This document shows, in pieces, positions 19,945 through 30,033 of a DNA stretch of 64,000 nucleotides (within the stretch, counting starts at the first letter, position 1; the number at the start of each line of letters is the position of its first letter). The stretch comes from Promethearchaeota archaeon. GTDB lineage: Archaea > Asgardarchaeota > Lokiarchaeia > Sigyniarchaeales > SOKP01. The notes under the pieces are model-generated. The model did no database searches. It had not been told where the DNA came from and worked only from the letters and a program-made list of their open reading frames with translations. The stretch is taken from the NCBI GenBank assembly GCA_016839745.1, contig JAEOTS010000152.1, forward strand, positions 1-64,000, given 5' to 3'. Both the position numbers and the translations under genes were made by a program.

Positions 19945-21222
19945 GTGAAAAATAAAGAAGTATGGTTAATTGATTACGCACGCACTGCATTCTCACGATC
20001 TCGACCTACTCAACCTGAAAGTGATGTATTTAGTGAACTTAGAGGAGATGAGCTATTAGCTCAACTTTTAATACATATGTTTGATAAAAGATTAGTAGGT
20101 AAAGGAATCGAAAGAAAAGATATTGACGAATGTTCTGTGGGATGTGCTGCAGGGGTATTAGAAAATTGGACTTATGGAGGTCGTATGCCCCTTTTCATGG
20201 CAGGATTCCCATTTACTGTCCCTGCTTTTTTCATTGATAGACAATGTGGTTCAGCAGGCTCAGGGATGCATGTTGGAATCATGGAGATAATGACGGGTAA
20301 TAGTAAAACTATTCTATCTACTGGGTTTGAACATATGACACGAGTATATGGAAAGGGTGCGGATCCTAATATAAAAGTAGCTTATAAGAATAGCATGTAT
20401 TATCGGCCAGATATGGATTTAGCAAATGTCTTTAATATGCTAAATACTGCTCAATTATTATACGAAGAGGAAGTCCCAAAATTTACTAAGGAAGATCTTG
20501 ACAAGTTTGGAGTTAGAAGTCATAACTTAACTATTAATAACCAAGAATCTGGGTGGTTTAAAGGTGAAATAGTTCCGATTGAAGGCCATGCACCCGGTAA
20601 TGTGGAAGAGAAGATGATAATTGATAAGGACATGAATGCTAGGAAGTCCACATTAGAAGCAGTATTAAAATTACCACGATTGACAAAACCCTTTTTCTTA
20701 GAAAAAAATGGTGGAAAAGAAGGTTATATTAAAAGGGAAGGGACAGATAAAGGAGTTATAACTGCAGCAAATTCTTCTCCTTTAAATGCTGGAGCAACTG
20801 CTGCAGTTTTAATGGAAGCAGAAGAAGCCAAGAAGAGGGAAATTGAACCAATGGCACGTATCGTTTCCATAGGCTGGGCAGGGGTAGATCCTCATACCAT
20901 GGGGAGAGGCCCTGTGCCCGCAACACGAAAGGCTTTAGAGTATGCAGGTCTTAAAGCTGAAGATATCGACTTTTGGGAGATTAATGAGGCATTTTGCATA
21001 GTTGCGTTGAATTGCATGGACAAACTTAATATTCCGGAAGAAAAGGTAAACGTTATGGGCGGGTCAACTGCTATCGGGCACCCTTTAGGATCAACAATGG
21101 TCCGCCTTACTGGCACTTTAGCACGAATCTTAAAGGACAATAAAGCAAAATATGGTGTTGCTAATGCCTGTTGTGGTGGAGGACAGGGTGTGGCAACTGT
21201 AATCGAAAATCTTGATAGCTAA
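19945..21222 (+). CDS. Acetyl-CoA C-acyltransferase (thiolase), copy 1
   Basis: RQCGS nucleophile, EINEAF, GHPLG, CCGGGQG. Confidence 0.95.
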   Translation: MKNKEVWLIDYARTAFSRSRPTQPESDVFSELRGDELLAQLLIHMFDKRLVGKGIERKDIDECSVGCAAGVLENWTYGGRMPLFMAGFPFTVPAFFIDRQCGSAGSGMHVGIMEIMTGNSKTILSTGFEHMTRVYGKGADPNIKVAYKNSMYYRPDMDLANVFNMLNTAQLLYEEEVPKFTKEDLDKFGVRSHNLTINNQESGWFKGEIVPIEGHAPGNVEEKMIIDKDMNARKSTLEAVLKLPRLTKPFFLEKNGGKEGYIKREGTDKGVITAANSSPLNAGATAAVLMEAEEAKKREIEPMARIVSIGWAGVDPHTMGRGPVPATRKALEYAGLKAEDIDFWEINEAFCIVALNCMDKLNIPEEKVNVMGGSTAIGHPLGSTMVRLTGTLARILKDNKAKYGVANACCGGGQGVATVIENLDS

Positions 21223-21489
21223 AACTACTTTAATCAACATAAATTTATTTTTTTTATACCCTTTAGATTTACTTGTCATTCAAAATATGAATTAAACAAA
21301 AAAAAGTATAAATATACATTAATCATTTAAATCAATAAAATGTAACTCAAGATTAATATAGAATCTTAGAGTAAAGACTAAACTGAGTGAGTACCAATCA
21401 AGAAACCTATTGATGTTCAAGAAGATGAGTTTCAAGACACGCCAGATTTTCATGCTCATTTTAAGATAGATTGGGGAAGGCAAGGAACC

Positions 21490-21927
21490 GTGATATTATG
21501 CTATATAATAATAATTTTAGGTTATTATGGAATTATCGCAAATACTATCCTAATTGATGAGTATGGTAACTGGATTTCTTTTTTAAATATGAATAGGACA
21601 ATATTAATATGGACATATACTTCTTATACTCGTAGTTTTTTTCTAGGAGCAATTTTAGTATTTATAGTATGTTTCATTATGACTTACAAGGAAGATATCC
21701 CCCACTATGGAATTAGAGCATCGATTTGGCTAGTTCCCACGATAGTCTTGGAAGGGTTTATTTTTTATTTTCTTATGTTTGGTTTTAGTTTCGATCCCTT
21801 TATTTTACAATTTGCTCATTTCGAGGGATATCTTAACATTTTAATTTTAATCGGATTAACTCTAAGTGGTTCTTTGATAGGTATGAAATTAAAACAATTG
21901 TCAGTACGAAAAAAAGAAAAATATTAG
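21490..21927 (+). CDS. Hypothetical 4-TM membrane protein; frame open upstream to 21391
   Basis: Hydrophobic segments; directly upstream of and co-oriented with the ABC permease genes. Confidence 0.7.
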   Translation: MILCYIIIILGYYGIIANTILIDEYGNWISFLNMNRTILIWTYTSYTRSFFLGAILVFIVCFIMTYKEDIPHYGIRASIWLVPTIVLEGFIFYFLMFGFSFDPFILQFAHFEGYLNILILIGLTLSGSLIGMKLKQLSVRKKEKY

Positions 21928-21961
21928 AATAGAAGGGAATAAATTATATACAGTTTTTTAG

Positions 21962-23044
21962 GTGGAAAAAAGTATGGCTCGTCAAGCTCAGAATATGATT
22001 AAATATATTATCAAGCGGATATTAATAATGTTTCCAATATTAATCATAGTTTTAATAATTACTTTTATTTTATCAAAATCCATGGATGTGTTTCCCGTCA
22101 TTAACCGGATGGCTACGGGCGAAAATTTTGAAACGATACAGAGAATGATTGCAGAGGAAGAAAGAAGAATGGGATATGACAAACCAGTTTTTATTCAGTT
22201 AATTATTTATCTACAGAATTTTTTCACAGGGAATTGGGGTGATTCCTATGTTATTATGCGTGATACACCTGTAATCGAAGTTATAGCTAATGTCTTTCCT
22301 AAAACAATTGAATTAATGATATTTCCGATTGTTATAATTCCTATCCTTGCTGTTAAACTTGGTGTTCTATCTTCAACGAACAAAGATAAACTAAAAGATA
22401 CCTCTATTCGTTTTCTTGCTGTTCTAGGTGCGGGATTTCCAATATTTTTTATAGCTAACCTATTGCAAGTATTTTTTGGTTTTCAACTAAAACAATTTAC
22501 GTATGGTGAAATTAATATACAGATTTTATTCTCAAATACACCTGGAGCTGAATTGTCGGGGGAATATTACACTGGATTTCGACTTATTGATGCTGTTTTA
22601 AATAACGACCCAGTCTTCTTTTTTGATACTATACTCCATTTATTTATTCCAGTAATTTGTATATCATTTGCTTCTCTGGCTGGTATCACTAGACAAACTC
22701 GTTCTAGTATGTTAGATGTTATGGATCAGGATTATATTCGGACAGCCCGAGCTAAGGGAGTTCCGGAAAAAAGGATCAACAACTCACATGCCCTTCGGAA
22801 TGCTTTAATTCCTTCAAGTAATCTCATCATAACCACGATTACAGGGTCACTTTTAGGATCTCTTTTCTTAGAAGCAACTTTTCAGTATTTAGGATTTGGA
22901 TATTACTTTGTTCGCTCTGTATTTTTAGGTGATTATTTACTTATAAATGGATTTTTAGTATGTTCATGTTTAGTTATAATTGGAGGAACCTTAGTTACTG
23001 ATATAATATATACAATTATCGATCCGAGGATAACATATACTTAA
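21962..23044 (+). CDS. Peptide/nickel-type ABC permease (DppB/OppB-like)
   Basis: YIIKRIL, GNWGDS, TRSSMLDVMDQDYIRTARAKG EAA motif, HALRNAL, DIIYTIIDPRI. Confidence 0.93.
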   Translation: MEKSMARQAQNMIKYIIKRILIMFPILIIVLIITFILSKSMDVFPVINRMATGENFETIQRMIAEEERRMGYDKPVFIQLIIYLQNFFTGNWGDSYVIMRDTPVIEVIANVFPKTIELMIFPIVIIPILAVKLGVLSSTNKDKLKDTSIRFLAVLGAGFPIFFIANLLQVFFGFQLKQFTYGEINIQILFSNTPGAELSGEYYTGFRLIDAVLNNDPVFFFDTILHLFIPVICISFASLAGITRQTRSSMLDVMDQDYIRTARAKGVPEKRINNSHALRNALIPSSNLIITTITGSLLGSLFLEATFQYLGFGYYFVRSVFLGDYLLINGFLVCSCLVIIGGTLVTDIIYTIIDPRITYT

Positions 23045-23057
23045 TGATCTAAAAATT

Positions 23058-24059
23058 GTGATTTTAATTATGCAAGGTTATAACGAAAAAGAAAAAATTG
23101 AGGAATATTCAAGTAAGAAGATTAATACAAAAATAAGGCGATTAATCAAATTTTATTTTATGCCTGGATGGCGAAATCCAGACTTTTCCGCACAAGAATA
23201 TCAGATTGAAAAAATAAAATCAAAAAGAAGACTATTCCGCCGTCTTATTACTCCCTTAACCTTGCTTGGTTTTTTTTTGGTTTTAATTGTTGCCTTTATA
23301 GCCGTTTATGCTCCCTGGCTTACTGAACTTACTTTAGCGAATGTAACTCCGCCACTATATCCTGGAGAAGCCTCTTTCCAACAGCCATCACCAGAACACC
23401 CATTAGGTACAACAATATTTGGATGGGATATTCTTGGGAGATTGATCTGGGGTGGTAGGACTACTTTACAGGCAGCAGTGTTCCCAGTTGCAATTTCCAT
23501 AGGTGGAGGTGTTATTTTAGGAACAATTTCGGCATATTTTGGAGGTTGGGTTGATTCCATTATGATGCGTATCTGTGATATATTCTTGAGTTTACCAATG
23601 TTGATTATTGTTATAGTTATTGCTCCCTTGATTGGAAAAGATTTATATAATGTTCTACTAATTTACGGTATTCTTTTTATACCCTTTAACATTAGATTTA
23701 TGCGATCTTTAGTATTACAAGTAAAACAAAACGATTATGTTAGAGCTGCAATAAGTAGTGGTGCAGATAAATTTAGGGTTATGTTTAAACATATTTTTCC
23801 TAATACTATCTCTCCCATTATTATATCTTTTTTTGGAGCAATGGGAATTACTGTTATAGGTCTAGCAGGTCTTGCTTTTATAGGTTTGGGAGACCCTGAT
23901 GTTGCTAATTGGGGAGCAGATATTCTATATGCAAGAGGTCATTTTGAAACTCCAGGAGCATCTCTTTGGCCAGGATTATTCATAGGAATTACTGCAATAG
24001 GATTCATATTAATTGGTGATGGATTGAGAGATGCATTAGATCCACGATTACATATATAA
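23058..24059 (+). CDS. Peptide/nickel-type ABC permease (DppC/OppC-like)
   Basis: HPLGT..GWDI, MMRICD, DYVRAAISSGA, HIFPN, GDGLRDALDP. Confidence 0.93.
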   Translation: MILIMQGYNEKEKIEEYSSKKINTKIRRLIKFYFMPGWRNPDFSAQEYQIEKIKSKRRLFRRLITPLTLLGFFLVLIVAFIAVYAPWLTELTLANVTPPLYPGEASFQQPSPEHPLGTTIFGWDILGRLIWGGRTTLQAAVFPVAISIGGGVILGTISAYFGGWVDSIMMRICDIFLSLPMLIIVIVIAPLIGKDLYNVLLIYGILFIPFNIRFMRSLVLQVKQNDYVRAAISSGADKFRVMFKHIFPNTISPIIISFFGAMGITVIGLAGLAFIGLGDPDVANWGADILYARGHFETPGASLWPGLFIGITAIGFILIGDGLRDALDPRLHI

Positions 24060-24092
24060 AAAATAAAAACACAATAAAAAAGGAATATTTCT

Positions 24093-27059
24093 ATGGCTTT
24101 TAATTATGGATTTCTACTTGTTGAAGTTGTTGTTATCTTATTAATATTAAGTCTTATGATTGTTTTAATAAATAAATTACTTCCAAACGATCAAAGGATG
24201 CTGACAAACACTAAAAGTCTGGTTTTAAGCTTATTAATAGTCTTTGGAATTATCTTTGGTATTGGGGCTGTTATTGAAAGTGTTGAATATTATTATACAA
24301 TAGTTGGATATTTGAATAACTATTATCTCTTTTTTGCAATAGGAATAAGTATATATTTTCCCCTATACAAAGCCTTTTTGAGAAAATTTGAGAAATCTCA
24401 TTCATCTGAAGATATCAATCTACTTTTTAAAATATACAAAAAAAAAAGTAGAATAATAATTGGTTTAGTTTGGGGTATAGCAGCAATATTTCTCTCGTTT
24501 GATCTATTAGGACTTCAATTGGTATGGGAAGCAAATACACCAGATTATGATATATTATATATTGGGGTTTTCACGGCATTTTTTACCGTTTTTTTTATCA
24601 TAATTCTTACATATTTGATAAATAAAATAAGGCCTATTGAGAAACAAATCCCAAATTTGGAACTTAGAAATTCGTTGATCGCGAGTGGAATAATCTCGTT
24701 TGGTATCTGGTTTATCCAATTTATTATTATTGAAATGTATATCTCTCGATTATTCGGAATAACAATTATAAAACAAGATCTTCGTGTAATAATTGTTGCT
24801 ATCCTAGGTATATTTATTGTGAGCTATTTCAATATGTTAAGAACTAAATTTTTACCGAGAGCAGTTATAAAAAGTAAGAAACAAATTCTAGAAGCAATAA
24901 TGAAAGAGAAGGATAAAACAATACAAATTCAGCAATTCAAAGTAGAGGAATCTATATTAGACGCTCAAGATCCTGATGTCAGTTTTAATGAGGATGAAAA
25001 TGTCGTTTATCTTGCAGAAAGTGTTTCTAACAAAATCTACTTCTTTATATTGAAAAAATTTAGGAACTTACATTTTGTAGATAATAACGCCCATTTAATA
25101 AGAAAAAATGGGAAGATATTTAAGAATATCGTCGTAGGAGTTTTGTGGATCATCGTTTTAGTTATCGTATTCATTAATTTATTACAATTATTATCTAATT
25201 TAAATCCCATTTTTGATATATTTATTCTTAGTGTTCAGTTTGCTTTTTTTATGGTTCTTGTCGACATTTCTATTAATTTTATTTTTACTAAACTTATCCC
25301 TAGTGAGAAACAGATCTCTAAAAAATTTCATAGAGATTCTATTTTCTTTGGTGGTATTATTCTGGTTTGGATTTGGGTGATTCCACTTTTCTTTATTTAT
25401 TATTATTTTTTTACAGGCATCTATCAAACCATCATCACTGATTTTTTCTCTACAATAGTTTTTTTGATTACTATTTTTTTAATAGGAATATATATTACGA
25501 GAAGGCTTTCAAGTAAGAGAGGTTTTGACACATCCCTTAGAAAGGCAGTTGTTATTAATTTATTATGGTTGATTATAAATTTACCACTTAACTTATTCTT
25601 TGTTTATCTTTTTGGTGATAATCTTCTAAACGATATTCTTATTCTAGTTATAGACATCGTTATTGGTTCAGTTATCATTATGAAGCTTTATAATAAAGCG
25701 TTTAAACCATCCTTAAATTTTGTGTTTAGTGTTGAAATTATCACTTTTTTCCTAAGTATAATTATTGTTGAAATCTTGTTAACACTATTTCTAAGAATTT
25801 TACCAAATTATAATTTTAATGTTCAAGATATTCGTGTCCATCTTATTATCGATATATTTGTATTTCTCATTTTTTTTGCCGTTTCTTTAAAAGTTAAGTT
25901 CCGTCCAGAACACTTCGAGGATGAGATGAGAAAAGACCAAAAAATATTAACAACGGTAGCAGAAACACAAGTTCAACCTAGAAAGATTGAAGGAAGAAAA
26001 GTCATTTTGGATGTGAAGGATCTAACGACCTATTTTTACAGTGAAGAAGGAGTTGTACGCGCGGTAGAAGGAGTTTCTTTTAAAATTTATGATGGAGAAA
26101 CTCTTGGGCTTGTAGGAGAAACAGGTTGTGGGAAATCAGTTACTGCTTTATCTATACTTCAGGTCGTCCGACCTCCTGGGAAAATTGAGAGTGGAAAAGT
26201 GATATTTGAAGGTGAAAATTTACTCCAAAAATCTGAAAAGGAAATATTAGCCTATCGCGGAAACAAGATAACAATGATCTTTCAAGATCCTCTTAATTCT
26301 CTAAATCCAGTATTTAAAGTAGGTAGACAGATCTCGGAGGTATTTCTTCTACACATGGAAAATGAACTTCTCGTTGAAGCAGTGAAACATCCTGGCAAAA
26401 ATATGTACAGTATTGCTCGAGAATTGAGTGAGCAATTACTAAGGGAACTTAATATTCCTTCCCCAGAACGGGTTTATGAACTATATCCCCATGAATTAAG
26501 TGGGGGAATGCGCCAAAGAATTCAAGTTGCTATGGGTCTTGCATGTAGTCCTAAATTATTAATAGCAGATGAGCCTACAACTGCGTTGGATGTTACAATC
26601 CAAAATCAAATTCTTCAATTAATGAAGAATCTTCGACAAAAATACAATACATCTATACTTTTTATTACCCATGATCTTGGAATCATATCAAAAATGTGTG
26701 ACAGGGTCGCAGTCATGTATAGTGGATTTATAGTTGAATATGGAGATGTTTATAGGATATTTGAAAGGCCATCCCATCCATATACAAAAGGCCTTATTAC
26801 GTCGATACCCGTTATTGGAAAAAAGAAGGAGGAACTTGAAGTAATTCCGGGTTTAGTGCCAAATTTAATATATCCCCCTTCAGGATGTCGATTTCACCCT
26901 CGTTGTCAATATCGTTTTGAGCCTTGTAATTCTAAAGTACCAAAAAGCATAGAAATTGAACCAGAGTATTTCGTGGCATGCCACCTTTATGATCCTCAAT
27001 ATAAAAGTGAGGCAACCCTTAAATTAAAAGAGTTAGAAAAGAAAAATTTCAGTAATTGA
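24093..27059 (+). CDS. DppD-like ABC ATPase fused to an N-terminal multi-TM region of about 600 aa with internal repeats
   Basis: GETGCGKS, LSGGM, IADEP, ITHD and C-terminal GCRFHPRC; long polytopic N-terminus. Confidence 0.9.
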   Translation: MAFNYGFLLVEVVVILLILSLMIVLINKLLPNDQRMLTNTKSLVLSLLIVFGIIFGIGAVIESVEYYYTIVGYLNNYYLFFAIGISIYFPLYKAFLRKFEKSHSSEDINLLFKIYKKKSRIIIGLVWGIAAIFLSFDLLGLQLVWEANTPDYDILYIGVFTAFFTVFFIIILTYLINKIRPIEKQIPNLELRNSLIASGIISFGIWFIQFIIIEMYISRLFGITIIKQDLRVIIVAILGIFIVSYFNMLRTKFLPRAVIKSKKQILEAIMKEKDKTIQIQQFKVEESILDAQDPDVSFNEDENVVYLAESVSNKIYFFILKKFRNLHFVDNNAHLIRKNGKIFKNIVVGVLWIIVLVIVFINLLQLLSNLNPIFDIFILSVQFAFFMVLVDISINFIFTKLIPSEKQISKKFHRDSIFFGGIILVWIWVIPLFFIYYYFFTGIYQTIITDFFSTIVFLITIFLIGIYITRRLSSKRGFDTSLRKAVVINLLWLIINLPLNLFFVYLFGDNLLNDILILVIDIVIGSVIIMKLYNKAFKPSLNFVFSVEIITFFLSIIIVEILLTLFLRILPNYNFNVQDIRVHLIIDIFVFLIFFAVSLKVKFRPEHFEDEMRKDQKILTTVAETQVQPRKIEGRKVILDVKDLTTYFYSEEGVVRAVEGVSFKIYDGETLGLVGETGCGKSVTALSILQVVRPPGKIESGKVIFEGENLLQKSEKEILAYRGNKITMIFQDPLNSLNPVFKVGRQISEVFLLHMENELLVEAVKHPGKNMYSIARELSEQLLRELNIPSPERVYELYPHELSGGMRQRIQVAMGLACSPKLLIADEPTTALDVTIQNQILQLMKNLRQKYNTSILFITHDLGIISKMCDRVAVMYSGFIVEYGDVYRIFERPSHPYTKGLITSIPVIGKKKEELEVIPGLVPNLIYPPSGCRFHPRCQYRFEPCNSKVPKSIEIEPEYFVACHLYDPQYKSEATLKLKELEKKNFSN

Positions 27060-27107
27060 ATAAAAAAGTATTTTATCATAAACCTTAATGAAAATATAAT
27101 ATAGTGT

Positions 27108-28418
27108 ATGAATATGATTTTTCAATTTAATAATCTTTTTACCATTTTAGAATTAGGAGGAATTATATTTCTTTTTTGTTTAACTTTGGCTATTTCATTT
27201 TTTATCATTAAATGGGATGCTCGATCTCAATTAATTAGAAGAAAATTCCATCTCTATGTAATTTCACCACTTACTTGTATTCTTTTTAGCTTTATTCCTC
27301 TACCAGAATTTATCATAGGAAACTTTTTATCATTATTAATTGTTATATACGTTCTAATAGCAGCGATTACTAGTTTTGTTGTTAAATATATTACATTTAA
27401 AGTTATTGGAGTTGAAAAATATGGTCAAATTAGTAATCTTGAAAGAGGTATAAATCTGTTAAATGTTAAAGATTTAAAAGTATTTTATCCTCTCATTGGA
27501 GGAATATTTAGAAGACAAATAGGTGTCATTAAAGCTGTTAACGGTATATCTTTCAAAATTAAGACAGGTGAAACCCTTGGATTAGTGGGAGAAAGTGGTT
27601 GCGGGAAAACAACAGCAGCTCTGTCGATCCTTGGTTTAGTAAAAAAAACTAACGGAGATATTCGATTTCACGACAAACCTCTCCCTTTCCCTTATTCAAA
27701 TGTTATAAGACAAAAAATCCAAATTGTTTATCAGGATCCAGATGCTTCTTTAAATCCTCGCTTGAAGGTCTTTGATATCATTGCTGAACCTCTTAAAAAC
27801 ATGTTAGGTATTAATAAGAAAGATGAACTACGAAAAAAAGTTTTAGAATTAATGAAAGAGGTAGCATTGAAACGAGAACATATGGATCGTTATCCACATG
27901 AGTTTTCAGGAGGTCAAAAGCAAAGAATTGTTATTGCTCGAGCGCTTGCAACCAATCCAGAACTTATAATTCTTGACGAACCAACATCTGCCCTTGATGT
28001 ATCAGTGCAAGCACAAATTCTTAACTTACTAAAAAAATTACAAAAAAATTATGGTTATGGTTATTTATTCATTACACATAATTTAGCTGCAGTAAATCAT
28101 ATTGCTGATCGAATTGCAGTTATGTATCTTGGTCAAATTGTTGAAATTGGGGATACTGATCAAATTTTTTCAAAACCTACACATCCTTACACCCAAGCGC
28201 TTTTAGCATCAAGATCTGAAGTTGACATGAAAAATAGGGATATAAAATTTATTCTTCATGGTGAAGTTCCAAGTCCTATAGCCCCACCTACGGGATGTAC
28301 CTTTCACCCTCGCTGTTCCTCAGATGTGCGTACTAAGGAATGTGAATTTGATTTACCTCATAAGATAAAAATCGAAAATGGTCATTATATCTGGTGTATA
28401 AATCCCCCGAAACAATAA
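27108..28418 (+). CDS. DppF-like ABC ATPase with about 3 N-terminal TM helices
   Basis: GESGCGKT, FSGGQ, ILDEP, GCTFHPRC; hydrophobic first ~100 aa. Confidence 0.9.
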   Translation: MNMIFQFNNLFTILELGGIIFLFCLTLAISFFIIKWDARSQLIRRKFHLYVISPLTCILFSFIPLPEFIIGNFLSLLIVIYVLIAAITSFVVKYITFKVIGVEKYGQISNLERGINLLNVKDLKVFYPLIGGIFRRQIGVIKAVNGISFKIKTGETLGLVGESGCGKTTAALSILGLVKKTNGDIRFHDKPLPFPYSNVIRQKIQIVYQDPDASLNPRLKVFDIIAEPLKNMLGINKKDELRKKVLELMKEVALKREHMDRYPHEFSGGQKQRIVIARALATNPELIILDEPTSALDVSVQAQILNLLKKLQKNYGYGYLFITHNLAAVNHIADRIAVMYLGQIVEIGDTDQIFSKPTHPYTQALLASRSEVDMKNRDIKFILHGEVPSPIAPPTGCTFHPRCSSDVRTKECEFDLPHKIKIENGHYIWCINPPKQ

Positions 28419-28457
28419 TTTCTTTGTAAAAGAGCATTTTAATAAGTTATAATTATT

Positions 28458-28526
28458 AATTATGAAAAGTTTAAATACTCTCCAATCGTATGATAATCAA
28501 AGTATGTTTAATTCATACTGTATATT
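28458..28526 (+). repeat. 69-bp inverted repeat, left copy: BRE/TATA promoter plus palindromic operator
   Basis: 65/69 identical to the reverse complement of 32182-32250; contains GAAAAG-TTTAAATA and AGTATG-N7-CATACT. Confidence 0.9.
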
Positions 28527-28583
28527 TAAAAAATTTATTCCAATTTGAATTCTATAACATAATTAGTAAAATTAATTAGAGAG

Positions 28584-29837
28584 TTGAAAATGAGTAAAGA
28601 AATTTATGATGTAATACCTGAAGACGCCGATAATAACTTTCTTCCATATTTTTCAGATAAAGAAATGGCTCAACGTCACACAAATGTCCGAAAGGAAATG
28701 AAGGAAAGAGGAATAGATGTACTTTTAGTATATGGGCATGTAGGGGTTGGAAGTAGTCCTGGTCAGATACATCTTCAGTATCTCACCCGTTTTGCGAATG
28801 TTTTTGAAACGTATCTTACTGTTCCAGTAGAGGGTGAACCTACAATGTTTATTAATTTAGATTATCATTGCGTAAACGCAGCTACCATTTCCTATATCAA
28901 AGACATAAAAGATGGAGACACTTTGCCTAATGCGATTCAAAAAATCAAAGATCTTGGATACGAACGAGGAACGATTGGACTTGTTGGCCCTGGAGGAGCT
29001 CAATTTGGTGATATCACCTTATTCACTGAACAACGTCAGGTTGTAGATAAAAGTTTACCGGATGCAAAAATTGTCAGTGCTAATCCTTGGCTTCAAGAAC
29101 TTCAACTTATTAAAAGCGAAGAAGAAATTGCACTCCTTAGGCGGGCAGGAGCTTTAACAGATCTTGCTCAAGAAGAGTCTTTTCAATTGACCCGTCCCGG
29201 AATCAAACACAAAGACTTACAACGAGCAATGAATTTGACAGCTGTTCGTCATTATGGAACATTTCCATTCGGTCATGTCAGTTCCTTCTCAATGGAAAAT
29301 CCTGAATATTATTATCCTACGCCTTATTCAACAGGTAAACGAGTGAGAGTAGGTGATTTCCTAATGTCAGAATTTTGTTTGGGATACGGTAATTATTGGG
29401 GAAAGCTCTGGGGATCTTGGTTTGTTGGTGATCCAACACCTGAATATGAAAAACTTTTTAATGTTGCAGCCGTTGTTCACGATAATTTAGTTTCCGAGCT
29501 AAAACCAGGAATGAAAGGAAAAGACATAGATGTTTTTCTTAAACCAATTTACGATGCTGGATTTGAACAAGTACCAAGTTTATTGATTGCTGGTTGGTGT
29601 TTTATGATGCAGCCACCGTTAGCAGGTGCAGCGCCAGGTACTCGTACCACATTCTTTTCAAACATGTATCATGATTTTGAGTTTAAGCCGGGTCACACTG
29701 TTACTTTACACATTTGGGTTAGGATTCCCAATACAAAGAAAGGTATATGGGTAGGTTCTTCTGGGGTCTTCACAAAAAATGGTTATGAGAACTTTAATAA
29801 ATATCCCGTCAGCGAACTACGTATAGTTCCAATTTAG
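28584..29837 (+). CDS. M24 peptidase/creatinase-fold protein with degenerate metal ligands
   Basis: Creatinase-N-like start (MKERGIDVLLVYG), LIKSEEEIALLRRA, RPG, GDFL, FKPG. Confidence 0.82.
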   Translation: MKMSKEIYDVIPEDADNNFLPYFSDKEMAQRHTNVRKEMKERGIDVLLVYGHVGVGSSPGQIHLQYLTRFANVFETYLTVPVEGEPTMFINLDYHCVNAATISYIKDIKDGDTLPNAIQKIKDLGYERGTIGLVGPGGAQFGDITLFTEQRQVVDKSLPDAKIVSANPWLQELQLIKSEEEIALLRRAGALTDLAQEESFQLTRPGIKHKDLQRAMNLTAVRHYGTFPFGHVSSFSMENPEYYYPTPYSTGKRVRVGDFLMSEFCLGYGNYWGKLWGSWFVGDPTPEYEKLFNVAAVVHDNLVSELKPGMKGKDIDVFLKPIYDAGFEQVPSLLIAGWCFMMQPPLAGAAPGTRTTFFSNMYHDFEFKPGHTVTLHIWVRIPNTKKGIWVGSSGVFTKNGYENFNKYPVSELRIVPI

Positions 29838-29909
29838 ATGTAGTTATAATTCATCCTGATAAAATTCAGTTGAATGTATAGACGAGAATTTCATCTAAAT
29901 ACAGGATTC

Positions 29910-30012
29910 TTTTTTTTTTTTTAAATCTATCAATAATATTGATATAAAAAAGAAGAATAATTCTCTCTATTATTAGAACAAAGAATTGCTATAATGTAAT
30001 AAAAAAAAAAAA
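29910..30012. terminator. Oligo-T and oligo-A tracts, probable archaeal terminators for the two convergent genes
   Basis: T13 at 29910-29922 after the + gene; A12 at 30001-30012 after the - gene. Confidence 0.5.
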
Positions 30013-30033
30013 TTAAATTTCTTAATTAAAAAG

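Noticed and set aside
21388-21390. TGA as a possible selenocysteine codon extending the membrane gene
   Set aside because: An in-frame TAA lies three codons upstream and there is no redox motif
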